A DNA stretch of 64,000 nt from Octopus sinensis (lineage: Eukaryota): positions 27,032,001-27,096,000 of the forward strand of contig NC_043005.1 in assembly GCF_006345805.1 (NCBI RefSeq), given 5' to 3'. The notes under the pieces are model-generated. The model did not search any database and had not been told where the DNA came from. It worked only from the letters and a program-made list of their open reading frames with translations. Below are positions 1 to 11,243 of the stretch, piece by piece. Both the position numbers and the translations under genes were made by a program. Within the stretch, counting starts at the first letter, position 1; every line of letters begins with the position of its first letter.

Positions 1-1411
1 AATTTTAAGGGAGGTGGCAAGTTGATTACATTGACCCTATTGTTCAATCAGTATTTACTTTATTGACCCTGAAAGGAGGAAAGGCAAAGTCAACCCCCAC
101 CAGCAACATTTGAACTCAGAACGTAAAAATGGACAAAATGCTACAAGACATTTCCCCCAATGTGCTAACGATTTTGCTACATATTTTGTGGGCTGTTGTA
201 ATCAAAATAGTAATAATTAATTATTAATTTTAAGGCAAAAGTTGTAATTAATATTAATTTTTGATTTTTTAAATTATTATTATTTAATTTAAGATTTATA
301 TCGAAAGTATACAGTTGACATTATTGACCTTGGTGTCATTATGATCATTGTTATTCAACATCCGTTTTCAGTGCTGGCATGGGTTGGACAGTTTGACAAG
401 AGCTGTCCAGACTCCATATCATCTGCTGTGGCAGGGTTTCTACAGCTGGATGCCCTTCCTTATGCCAGCCACTTTACAGAGTGTGCTGGGTGCTTTTTAC
501 ATGCCTAGTATTTTTTTTAGTGACTTCACCAAGAAGGTGTAAGTCTGGATATGAACTTGGGTTGTAAAGAGAGATAGAATTAAATCAGTCCTACTCGTTT
601 CTCTACTGATTTTTGTCAACTAACAACCAGAGCCTTCAAGAGAAATTTGGCAAGGCTGAACAAGCCTACTTTCAAAACTTAGGAAGAAGCAGTGGACTTC
701 TTGAAATTCTAAAGGGCTGTGAGATTTTTCTCTTTTTTCATTTATAGAGGAGGGCCCAGCATCTAGTTATGGACCTCTTGTGATTCTGGATACACCACTT
801 GAAATCTCACCTTAAAGGTCTTGCCAACACCTATTCTCCAGGACGGGTACAAGGCCCACAAATTTGAGAAAGGCGTATACTCAATTATACAAAACTCTAG
901 TATGTGACATGTTTTCATTTAGTGACCCTTAAAGAGTTAGAGATAAAGTTAACCTTGGCTGAATTTGAACTAAGAACATCTAGAGCTGTAGCAAGATATT
1001 GTTCTGTTGATTCTGCCTACAGTCATCTTGATCATCATTATCATTTAATGTCCATCTTCCATGCATCCATGGGTAGGGTGGTTGATAGGAGCTGACCAGG
1101 TAGAAATCTACCCTAGGCTACTGTGACCATTTTGTCAGGGTTTTTACAGCTGGATTATTTCTTACATAGGGTCAGGGCAAAAATCAACTGTCATTTATTT
1201 CATCCCCAGTACTAAACTGGTATTATTTTATCAACTCCAGGAGGATGAATGGCAAAATTGACCTTGGCAGGATTTGAACTAAGAATATGAAGAACCAGGA
1301 CAAATACTGCAAGACATGTAATGATTCTGCCAAACCATTGCTCAATCAAAATAATCTTTTTCTAACTTAGACTGAGGGCCAGAAACTTTTTGACAGGTTG
1401 GGATTTTCTTG

Positions 1412-1783
1412 ATTAACTCTTGATACCATCTTACCAGAGACTGCCCTGTTTCTCTGATACAAATTTCATGCTTTAAACTGATCTAAATGAAAATCTTCCA
1501 TCAAAGTTTCATGGCAATTTATATTTCAAACACCAGTCTAATAATAACAAAGTTATATTACTAAATTCTTCATTATTTTCAAACTTAATTCAAAGAAATG
1601 GCAGTATATTTCAACCGAAATCATCATATCATCATCATTGTTTAACTTCCGTTTTCCATGCTGGCATGGGTTGGACAGTTTGCCTGCGGACTGGAGAGCC
1701 AGATGGTTGCACCAGGCTCCAATCTGACCTGGCAACGTTTCTACAGGTGGATGTCCTTCCTAATGCCGAGAGTGAAAGAGTTA
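1412..1783 (+). mobile_element. Degenerate piggyBac-like (TTAA) MITE, family 2, interrupted by an RTE 3'-end insertion
   Basis: Starts TTAACTCTTTGATACC and ends GAAAGAGTTAA. The body matches the better copies at 25035-25255 and 25287-25507. A (CAT)n-tailed RTE fragment occupies about 1622-1767. Confidence 0.6.
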
Positions 1784-1869
1784 AACAATTTCCAATCCTT
1801 AACTGTTAATTTATATTTTTCACCCCAGGAGGGATTAAATAATGTTATTGTTATTGCCATTAGCAAGAA

Positions 1870-2085
1870 ACAAGCTGGCAGAACCATTAGAGAGCTGGAA
1901 AAAAAATTGCTTAGCAGCTTATCTTTTCACTCTTTCCATTCTGAGTTCAAATACTGCCAAGGTCAACTTTGCCTTTCATCATTTTGGGGTCAATGAAATA
2001 AGTACCAGTTGCATACTGGGGTCGATCTAATTGACTGGCCCCCTCCCCCCAAATTTCGGGCCTTGTGCCGAGTGTAGAAAAGAAT
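1870..2085 (+). mobile_element. tRNA-related SINE, family B (Meta/Sauria-like middle domain)
   Basis: Reads GCTGGCAGAA..TTAG..., GAGTTCAAAT (B box), GGTCAACTTTGCCTTTCATC..TTTGGGGTC.AT.AAATAAGTACC, and ends GCCTTGTGCC.AGTGTAGAAAAGA. Further copies at about 1-180(-), 1170-1340(-), 5660-5862(-), 18119-18333(+), 30660-30860(-), 40596-40944(-), 46310-46510(-), 46535-46712(-). Confidence 0.75.
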
Positions 2086-2322
2086 AGAATAAGTACCAGT
2101 AATGCACTGAGATCAATAAGCTCTCTTCCACAAAATTTCAATGGTGGTTAAACACTGCAGTGGAGGTGGGTAACAGTTGTAAAGATGAGCAAAATGTACG
2201 ATTTTAAATCTTTCCTCAAAATGGATAATTATGGCTGGAATGCTTCTGACCATAAAATAAGGCCTGCTTTAACAGGAGTGACCAGGGGCTAAACATCACA
2301 ACTATCATGTCTACATATTTTT

Positions 2323-2587
2323 GACCATATAGTGTAATGGTTAAGAGCGCAGGCTACTAACCCCAAGATTCCGAGTTCGATTCCAGGCGGTGACCTGAAT
2401 AATAATAATAATAATAATAATGATAATAATATGGAAAAATACCTTAGGAATGAGAACCCAGGTTCAAAATTTCCCCAAGACACCTGATGAAGGCTGGAGG
2501 GTATATCAGCCAAAACGTGTTAACAACAAAGAAGATGAGGACAAATATCCGTCAAATGTAAATAATGTACATAATTCCTCATATCTT
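2323..2587 (+). mobile_element. tRNA-like head + (AAT)n + Penelope pLTR-like tail with hammerhead motif (copy A)
   Basis: A box TAGTGTAATGG 2330-2340; B box GAGTTCGATTCC 2373-2384; (AAT)n about 2397-2431; CTGATGA 2484-2490; stem GGCTG/CAGCC; GAAA decayed to AAAA. Homologous to 4561-5127 and 57052-57783. Confidence 0.7.
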
Positions 2588-3179
2588 GTCATCCCCATAT
2601 CTACATCATGTGACACTCTGCACATCTCCATATCAAACAACAGACCTGGTCCCATAAACGTTCTGCTAGCTAGATGAAGCTTTGCCAGTTGGGTGAAGTT
2701 CTGCCAATTCTGTGTCTATGAACACTTAGTGTTCATGCTGTAGTGGTGGGTGACCACACTGATGTAATGTAGGTAGGGTTTTGTATCTGAACTATTGTTG
2801 TTCAGTTTTGAGTGAATCAGCCCAGATTTGCATTACTGTGATTTTTGAGGAACATAGGTGACAGCAAAATGGCAGAGTTATTATATCAGGGGACTGGAGG
2901 CCTTGTGGTATTTATTTTGACTTTCTTTGCCTTTCATCTTTGTAAGATCTTTGTAACATTGAGTAGCAGTCAAAGATGGCAGGTTGATAAAATTGCCAGA
3001 CGAAATACCTTGTTGTATGTAATGAGTCAGTTAGGCACAGCCATTTGGGCATGAAGATTTGACATGGATAATAGGACATTCAGCTTATTTGGACAACAGT
3101 ACTTTTGGTGTTGGAGTAAACACACACACACACACACACATATACATACATACACACACATACAGACAGAAAGAGGGAG

Positions 3180-3602
3180 ACATTACAATTTATTAATTAA
3201 ATGTTTTATTTGACATTTGAACATGATTGACATTAAAAACTTTCCACCTCCTCATCTGCTTAAAGAAATATACTCACACACATAAACAGAGAAAAAAGGA
3301 GGAAGAGAGTGAGAGAAACAATAAAATGCCTGATGTCAAATAAGTCAGCTGTGCCAAAAAAACAAAAAAAAAATAACAGTTTCATAGCCTTTGCAGAATA
3401 TGTTCCAGCTGTTTGTCTTTTAAGATCTAAATGGTAGCAGACTTTATCTAATGTCTAGTTTAGCACCACCTTTTCGTCTGACTTCAGCTGTGACCATTTT
3501 GTTGCAAGCATTTGGATCGAGTCGTCAGTTTGGCAATAACTGACTCTTACCGGTCTTGGAATTCTTGAGAAAAGAAAAGATCATAGGGGCTGCCCCTGAT
3601 TT
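3180..3602 (-). other. Candidate exon (52-nt internal exon 3551-3602, or a terminal exon) of an unidentified minus-strand transcript
   Basis: Long polypyrimidine tract TTTCTTTTCCTTTTTTATTTATTCAG ends at 3603. Donor-like CG|GTAAGAG at 3550. Two AATAAA at 3205-3210 and 3189-3194 are followed by GU-rich sequence. The stretch is non-repetitive. Confidence 0.35.
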
Positions 3603-3681
3603 CTGAATAAATAAAAAAGGAAAAGAAATTTTTTTAAATATTTGAAAGGATTGTTTAGGTCACTTGTTTAGTTGTCTTTAA

Positions 3682-3890
3682 CCCTTTAGTGTTCTGATTA
3701 TTCTATCAAACATAATGCTTATTGATTCGAATTAATCATGCATTATCTCATATCTTCAAGATCTTGATGGTATAATTACTTAATGTAGAATAACATTGTA
3801 GGGTAGGTGTGAGAGCCTGGATCTGGTCAGTTTGAATATAAAACAGATTAAATATTTTGGCCGGATATGGCCGGTTTAAATACTAAAGGG
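3682..3890. mobile_element. piggyBac-like MITE, family 1
   Basis: TTAA at 3678-3681 and 3891-3894 flank the TIRs CCCTTTAGT...ACTAAAGGG. Related copies at about 57794-57943 and 38570-39283 (the latter split by an RTE insertion). Confidence 0.8.
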
Positions 3891-4560
3891 TTAAATGGCT
3901 CAAGGATAAGTCAGACAGTGTTCATAGATACAGAATTGGCAGAGCTTCATCCAGCTAGCAGAATGTTCATGGGACCAGGGGTGTTGTTTAATATGGAGAT
4001 GTGAAGAGTGTCACACGCTGTAGATGGGGGATGAGTAGATAAACTTTTTGGTGTGTTGGTCAAAAATATGGAGAGGTGATAGTTGTGTTGTTGCTGCTGC
4101 TGTTGCTTAGCCACCGGTCAGTCCTGTTAAGGCAGGCCTTATTTTATGATCAGAAGCATTCCAACCATGATCATCTATTTTGGGGAAAGAAATAAAATCC
4201 TACATTTTCCAATCCAATGTGACCTTTCCTTTTTATAGATGGTAATGTATATTTGAGTGAGATTTGGCTGCTGTTTCTTCAGAATTGAGTGACTATGTAT
4301 AGATTCTGTCATTGTCTTGGAGAGATGATGGCAATATGAACAGGTGCAGACAGTTCTAAGTATCAAAGGATTCAGCTTTTGAACCAAAATTTTGGATGAC
4401 ATGTGTGGTCCAAATGGATATTCATGTGTGTGTGTGCATACGTGCACACATATACATCTTTCTGTTTACGTTATGGTATGCTGGAGTGTATACGGTGCAT
4501 AGGGAGTGTGTGTGTATGACTTTGTTTTGCATGATTCCTGATTTGAAATCATGTGTTGAA

Positions 4561-5127
4561 ACAGTTATATTTTGGCAAGAAAAAGAATTATTTACATTAT
4601 TACATTTGACGGGTATTTGTCATCATCTTGTTTGTTAACACAACTTTTCGGCTGATATACCCTCCAACCTTCATCAGGTGTATTGGAGAAATTTTGAACC
4701 TGGGTTCTCATTCCTAATGTATTTTTTGAAGTTATTATTATTATTATTATTCAGGAATTGGACTTGGAATCTTGGAGTTAGTAGGCCCCTCTTTTAACCA
4801 TTTTTAAAAGACTGTCTCTACATCTATACAAGAAAGTCACATCGTTTGAAAGATGAACTAGTTTTTGATGGAGTTTCTCTATATGTTTCCATTGAAGTCT
4901 AATGTCAGCTCCATAACAATTCCTGAATAATAATGATAATAATAATAATAATAATAATAATAACATCGAAAATACCTTAGGAATGGTCTGAAATTTGCCC
5001 AAAACACCTGATGAAGCTAGAGGGTATATCAGCCGAAAGGTTGTGTTAACAACAAACAAGATGAGGACAAATATCTGTCAATTGTAAATAATGTAAATAA
5101 TTCCTCATCTCTTAAATATAGAACTGT
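4561..5127. mobile_element. Inverted pair of the hammerhead-bearing pLTR-like repeat around a Penelope-like ORF fragment (copy B)
   Basis: Minus copy 4561-4802 has a partial tRNA head. Plus copy 4923-5127 has AACAC-CTGATGA (5008-5014)...CAGCC-GAAA (5035-5038)-GGTT-GTGTT. Confidence 0.7.
4811..4924 (-). pseudogene. Fragment resembling the N-terminus of a Penelope-like element (PLE) ORF
   Basis: Translation RNCYGADIRLQWKHIEKLHQKLVHLSNDVTFLYRCRD fits the remembered PLE N-terminal pattern YG-x-R-x-EKL-x-K-x-N-x-FL-x-RC. Recognised from memory only. Confidence 0.55.
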
Positions 5128-5189
5128 ATTAAGAAAGAAATGACCATCCCAAAATATAGCTCACACACACATGTATATATATGGCTTTT

Positions 5190-5235
<46 letters not shown>

Positions 5236-5307
5236 TGTATATATATATATATACTTATGTGTATATATATATATATATATATATGAGTGTATATATATAT
5301 ATATACT

Positions 5308-5337
<30 letters not shown>

Positions 5338-5338
<1 letters not shown>

Positions 5339-6213
5339 GAGTATATATCCAAGTATATATGTGTGTGAATATATATATATAGGTGTTGTGTGTGTATTTG
5401 AAAGCACTTGTATATGCATATATGTATGTTTGTGTGTAAATATTTCTCTATATGCACAGGTATTTATATATATAGAGAGAGTGTTGCTATTATGCAAAAG
5501 TGTCGTAAGTCCAAAACGTTGCTTTTTTTTTAGAAAACGAAAAAAATAGTTTTGCCATTCCATAGCAAAACCATTGTATTACACTTTGACAATTTTTTAT
5601 GTTTTGGCATCTGAAGCAGCTGCAGATAGTATAGTTTGACCAAAAGAAGCGGCTGTTGCAAGCACAACAGGGGGCTAAACATAGAGGGGACAAACAAGGA
5701 CATACAAAGGGATTAAGTTGATTACATTGACCCCCAGTGCGTAACTGATATTTATGTACTCACCCCAAAAGGGGGAAAGGCAAAGTCGACCTCAGTGGAA
5801 TTTGAACTCGGACTGTAACTGCAGACGAAATACCGCTAAGCATTCTACCAGCTCACCACCCTAAAGCGTAAATGAATATTGTAAAAAAAAAAAACGCATT
5901 TGGTCAAATTTGGACATACGACAGTTTAACATGATAACAACGATGTATATATATAAACACATGAGCACACAGGTGAATTTATGTGTATACACACATACAT
6001 ATATACCTGTTACCTGCCAGACATTATAATTATTCAATGTGTTGCTTTGTCTGACTCATGTGTGCTTGCATGTACATGACTGTATGCTTGTGTGCATGTA
6101 TGTGCATGCGTGTGAGTGAGAGCGTAAACAGATCGATGTGGCTTGTCTCACTTGGAATTGAAGCTGTCTGTGCATCGGCAGCAGGGGATGTGCAGGTTGT
6201 GGTAGTGGTAGTG

Positions 6214-6248
<35 letters not shown>

Positions 6249-7558
6249 GATGGTAGTGCCAGTAGAGGTTGTAGTGCTGGCAGTATAAAAGGAAGGAGTA
6301 CATTTGTAGTACTACAGTATGTCTTCTAATATGTTCATCCATATGTGTGTGTGTGATGTGTTCTGTGAATTATGGAAATAGAGAAATGGTAGAACCATTT
6401 CTGAAACATACGCCATTGTTTTGGGATACATGACATTAAATGATGATGATGATCATCATCACACACATACACACATTGTTTACATTAGCCTTTCACTTTT
6501 GCCATCCAGAAGGGTGTTTTTTAACCCATTATTTACATGCGAAATCTTTGAAGCTTATCTAATTTGCATTCTACCATAAAAAATTGTGTGTGTACATACA
6601 AATATGCACACACACACAGATATATACATATATATATATATATAATATATATATATATATGAGTATATCCAAGTATATATGTGTGTGAATATATATATAT
6701 AGGTGTTGTGTGTGTATTTGAAAGCACTTGTATATGCATATATGTATGTTTGTGTGTAAAATTTCTCTATATGCACAGGTATTTATATATATAGAGAGAG
6801 TGTTGCTATTATGCAAAAGTGTCGTAAGTCCAAAACGTTGCTTTTTTTTAGAAAACGAAAAAAATAGTTTTGCCATTCCATAGCAAAACCATTGTATTAC
6901 ACTTTGACAATTTTTTATGTTTTGGCATCTGAAGCAGCTGCAGATAGTATAGTTTGACCAAAAGAAGCGGCTGTTGCAAGCACAACAGGGGGCTAAACAT
7001 AGAGGGGACAAACAAGGACATACAAAGGGATTAAGTTGATTACATTGACCCCCAGTGCGTAACTGATATTTATGTACTCAACCCCAAAAGGGGGAAAGGC
7101 AAAGTCGACCTCAGTGGAATTTGAACTCGGACTGTAACTGCAGACGAAATACCGCTAAGCATTCTACCAGCTCACCACCCTAAAGCGTAAATGAATATTG
7201 TAAAAAAAAAAAACGCATTTGGTCAAATTTGGACATACGACAGTTTAACATGATAACAACGATGTATATATAAACATATGAGCACACAGGTGAATTTATG
7301 TGTATACACACACACATACACGCACACATACATATATACCTGTTACCTGCCAGACATTATAATTATTCAATGTGTTGCTTTGTCTGACTCATGTGTGCTT
7401 GCATGTACATGACTGTATGCTTGTGTGCATGTATGTGCATGCGTGTGAGTGAGAGCGTAAACAGATCGATGTGGCTTGTCTCACTTGGAATTGAAGCTGT
7501 CTGTGCATCGGCAGCAGGGGAGGTGCAGGTTGTGGTAGTGGTAGTGGTGGTGGTGGTG

Positions 7559-7593
<35 letters not shown>

Positions 7594-7968
7594 GATGGTA
7601 GTGCCAGTAGAGGTTGTAGTGCTGGCAGTATAAAAGGAAGGAATACATTTGTAGTACTACAGTATGTCTTCTAATATGTTCATCCATATGTGTGTGTGTG
7701 TGATGTGTTCTGTGAATTATGGAAATAGAGAAATGGTAGAACCATTTCTGAAACATACGCCATTGTTTTGGGATACATAACGTTAAATGATGATGATGAT
7801 CATCATCATCACACACATACACACATTGTTTACATTAGCCTTTCACTTTTGCCATCCAGAAGGGTGTTTTTTAACCCATTATTTACATGCGAAATCTTTG
7901 AAGCTTTATCTAATTTGCATTCTACCATAAAAAATTGTGTGTGTACATACAAATATGCACCCACACAG

Positions 7969-8010
<42 letters not shown>
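5338..8010. repeat. Tandem duplication of about 1.32 kb (two near-identical units)
   Basis: Unit 1 is about 5338-6659 and unit 2 about 6660-8010. ORF translations are duplicated (6058 vs 7391; 5490 vs 6571). Differences are mostly microsatellite length and homopolymer indels. Junctions lie in (TA)n. Confidence 0.9.
5483..5941. mobile_element. Unclassified TIR DNA element with a nested SINE (second copy 6802-7260)
   Basis: Left end GTTGCTATTATGCAAAAGTGTCGTAAGTCCAAA matches the reverse complement of the right end GTTGTTATCATGTTAAACTGTCGTATGTCCAAA (about 33-bp imperfect TIR). A family B SINE is inserted at about 5660-5862. Confidence 0.65.
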
Positions 8011-8016
<6 letters not shown>

Positions 8017-8092
8017 AATGTGTTGAAGAATTCTAAAGCAAACATGCTATGGACAGTCAAAAATACTTTTCCATATTATGTTATTCGCCAGA

Positions 8093-8230
8093 GTCTTTTG
8101 ATAAGGATAGCATGATTTCATATCATGGATCTCTCTCAGAATCTATTCACCTACAATATTATTGACCCTTATTACGTAATATATATGGTTTTGATACCAG
8201 TTATTGTTTATTTGAAACAGCTGTAAAGAT
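8093..8230 (+). ncRNA. Degenerate type I hammerhead-like motif with a long stem II insert
   Basis: GTCTT-TTGATAA-(about 109 nt)-GAAA-CAGCTG-TA-AAGAT. Stem I GTCTT/AAGAT; palindromic stem III ACAGCTGT. The core deviates from CUGANGA at two positions. Confidence 0.4.
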
Positions 8231-8347
8231 AAGGCTTGATTACATCATGTATATGGATATGCAACTTTCCATGTGAATACACTTCTTACACCTACTTTGT
8301 GTATCTATCTGCCTTTTTTTAAATTATATATATTTCATATACAAATT

Positions 8348-8732
8348 AGTGGCTGTGTGTAAGTAGCTTGCTAACCAACCACATGGTTCCGGGTCAGTCC
8401 CACTTGTGGCATGGGCAAGTGTCTTCTGCTATAGCCCGGGCCGACCAATGCCTTGTGAGTAGATTTGGTAGACGAAACTGAAAGAAGCCTGTCGTATATA
8501 TGTATATATATGTATATGTGTGTGTGTTTGTGTGTCTGTGTTTGTCCCCCTAGCATTGCTTGACAACCGATGCTGGTGTGTTTACGTCACCGTCACTTAG
8601 CGGTTCGGCAAAAGAGACCGATAGAATAAGTACTGGGCTTACAAAGAATAAGTCCCGGGTCGATTTGCTTGACTAAAGGCAGTGCTCCAGCATGGCCGCA
8701 GTCAAATGACTGAAACAAGTAAAAGAGAGAAA
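8348..8732 (+). mobile_element. tRNA-derived SINE, family A (octopus OK/OR-type), with an internal (TA)n(TG)n tract
   Basis: Head TGGCTGTGTGGTAAG...GGTTCCGGGTTCAGTCCC, CORE-like CCTTGGGCAAGTGTCTTCT, tail GTGCTCCAGCATGGCCGCAGTCAAATGACTGAAACAAGTAAAAGA. Further copies at about 11030-11445(+), 16675-17045(-), 17670-18035(-), 20012-20385(+), 33466-33837(-), 43205-43630(-), 56146-56540(+), 60975-61358(-), plus many partials. Confidence 0.85.
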
Positions 8733-9850
8733 GAGATATATACATATTATATAGTGATAGATATGCACATTTATTACATTTATATATTTATATTTGTACA
8801 CACACACACATATACACATATTGTGATCATGATCATAGAAATTCTGTGAGCATGCTGGCATGAATTGGATGGTTCAACAGGATCTTATGAGACAGAGGAC
8901 AGCATTGAGCTACAAGGTCTACTTTGGTATGGTTTCTGTGGATGGATGGCATTCCTAATGCCAGCCCCTTTACAGAGGGTTACGAGTGCTTTTTTTTGTA
9001 GCACTGGCCCTGACAAGGTCACCAACTATATTCAACACAAAACCTCTTGACACACTTGTGGGGAGTAGTATTGAGGAAGATGGCTTTGAGGCAGGTGTTG
9101 AGAGGCTATAAAGTTTGAGTGTGTGTGTATGTATGTATGTATGTCAATACATATATACAGTAAACTACATTCATAGGTGAGACTTCTGTTGGGATTTCTG
9201 GAATTGTGGGGAGCATGGAATAACCCCTTAATTACTATTACACCCAAGTAGGTCTATTCTGATGGGGAACAGTTGCACCTGTTATTATTCTGTCTATGAG
9301 TTAAAAAGATATCCTAGTAGCAAAAGAGCCCCACCACCACTGTTTTTGAAAAAGCCATAGGGAAGGCAGCTCTTCTAGCTGACAGATAGATACTCTGACC
9401 TAAAACTTGCTGCGAAAATGGTAATAGTCATCTTGCAATATTTGTTACTGGAATCTGCTATGGTAACCCAATGAGTGGCAAAAGTGTTGTACAAATTTCC
9501 ATCACTTAATCCAATGACACAGACGTCTCACTGGAGTGTGAAATGGTTATCATTTGACAAGAGGAGGTAATCATCATATATATCATATATATTATATAAT
9601 ATATATTATTATATATATATATATACACTCACACACACACACTCACACGCAAATAAATATAAAATTTTATGTATAAGTTTACCGATAATGGTTCTTTTAA
9701 CATACCGAACTGCTTGGTAAAATTATTAATTATTGATTAATTATTAATTATTTTACCCTTTAATATTATGAATAATATACGTGTGTATTATATATAAATG
9801 GTGGTGCCCCAGCATGGCACAGCTCGTGAGCTGAAACTAGATAAAATTTA

Positions 9851-9897
<47 letters not shown>

Positions 9898-10016
9898 TCA
9901 TCATCGTTTAACGTCCGTTCTCCATGCTAGCATGGGTTGGATGGTTTGACCGGGGATCTGGAAGCCAGAAAGCTGCACCAGGCTCCGGTCTTATCTGGCA
10001 ATGTTTCTACAGCTGG

Positions 10017-10018
10017 TC

Positions 10019-10051
<33 letters not shown>

Positions 10052-10314
10052 ATATATATACACACGTATATATATATATATATATACACCCGTATATATA
10101 TATATATTATATATATATATATTATATATATATATACGTGTAATATGTATATATATACACACGTATATGTATATATATATATATATATATACGTACATAT
10201 ATACGTATATATATATATACATATATACATATGTATATACGTATATATTACATACATAAATACATACATACATATATTATATAAACATACATACATATAC
10301 AGTTACAGCTGTAC

Positions 10315-10353
<39 letters not shown>

Positions 10354-10391
10354 ATACATACATATACAGTTACAGCTGTACATATATATAA

Positions 10392-10429
<38 letters not shown>

Positions 10430-10550
10430 CATACATACATATACAGTTACAGCTGTACATATATATATATATATATATATACTAATATATATATATGTAT
10501 ATATATATATACACATGCATACACACGGACATATACATGCGTATATAGTT
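10017..10550. repeat. Compound (TA)n/(TACA)n microsatellite with short internal duplications
   Basis: Direct inspection. ACAGTTACAGCTGTACATAT occurs three times. Confidence 0.9.
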
Positions 10551-11192
10551 ACAGGTACAGCTGTGTAGTTAAGAGGTTCACTTTGCCACATGGTTTCAGG
10601 TTCTGTTCCACTGCTGTATAACACCACAGGGAAGCATCTTCAACTACAGCCTCAGGCTGAGTCAAGCCTATCATATGTATATGTATGCATGTGTGTGTGT
10701 GTTTGTCTGTGTGTGCATGTCTATGCATATGCGTGTGTATGCATATGTCGTTGTCTTGCTTCATGTGTTAATTGCAGACAAACTTCACCATCCTAGTCAT
10801 CTGAACATTTGCAGACATCAGGAAAATATTACCTTGTTTAGAAACACATCAGGTGACAGGAAAAGCACCATCTTAATGTTAATTTTTCCATGCCTGCATG
10901 GAGCAGATAAAATTCTTAATATATATATGCCCCAGCATGGCCGCAGCCTTTGGGCTGAAACATTCTTAAGGATTTAAGGATTTATATGTACACCTATCTA
11001 TGTATTAGTGTAAGTATACATGGATACGGGAATGGCTGTGTGGTAAGTAGCTTGCTTACCAACCACATGGTTCCAGGTTCAGTCCCACTGCATGACACCT
11101 TGGGCGAGTATTTTCTACTATAGCCCTGGGCCGACCAAAGCCTCGTGAGTGGATTTGGTAGGGAAAAACTGAAAGAAGCCCATCATATATGT

Positions 11193-11243
<51 letters not shown>

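Noticed and set aside
9676-9722. Possible hammerhead (TTTACC...GGTAAA stem)
   Set aside because: Both core strands are too degenerate (CGATAAT, GAAC) to support a call.
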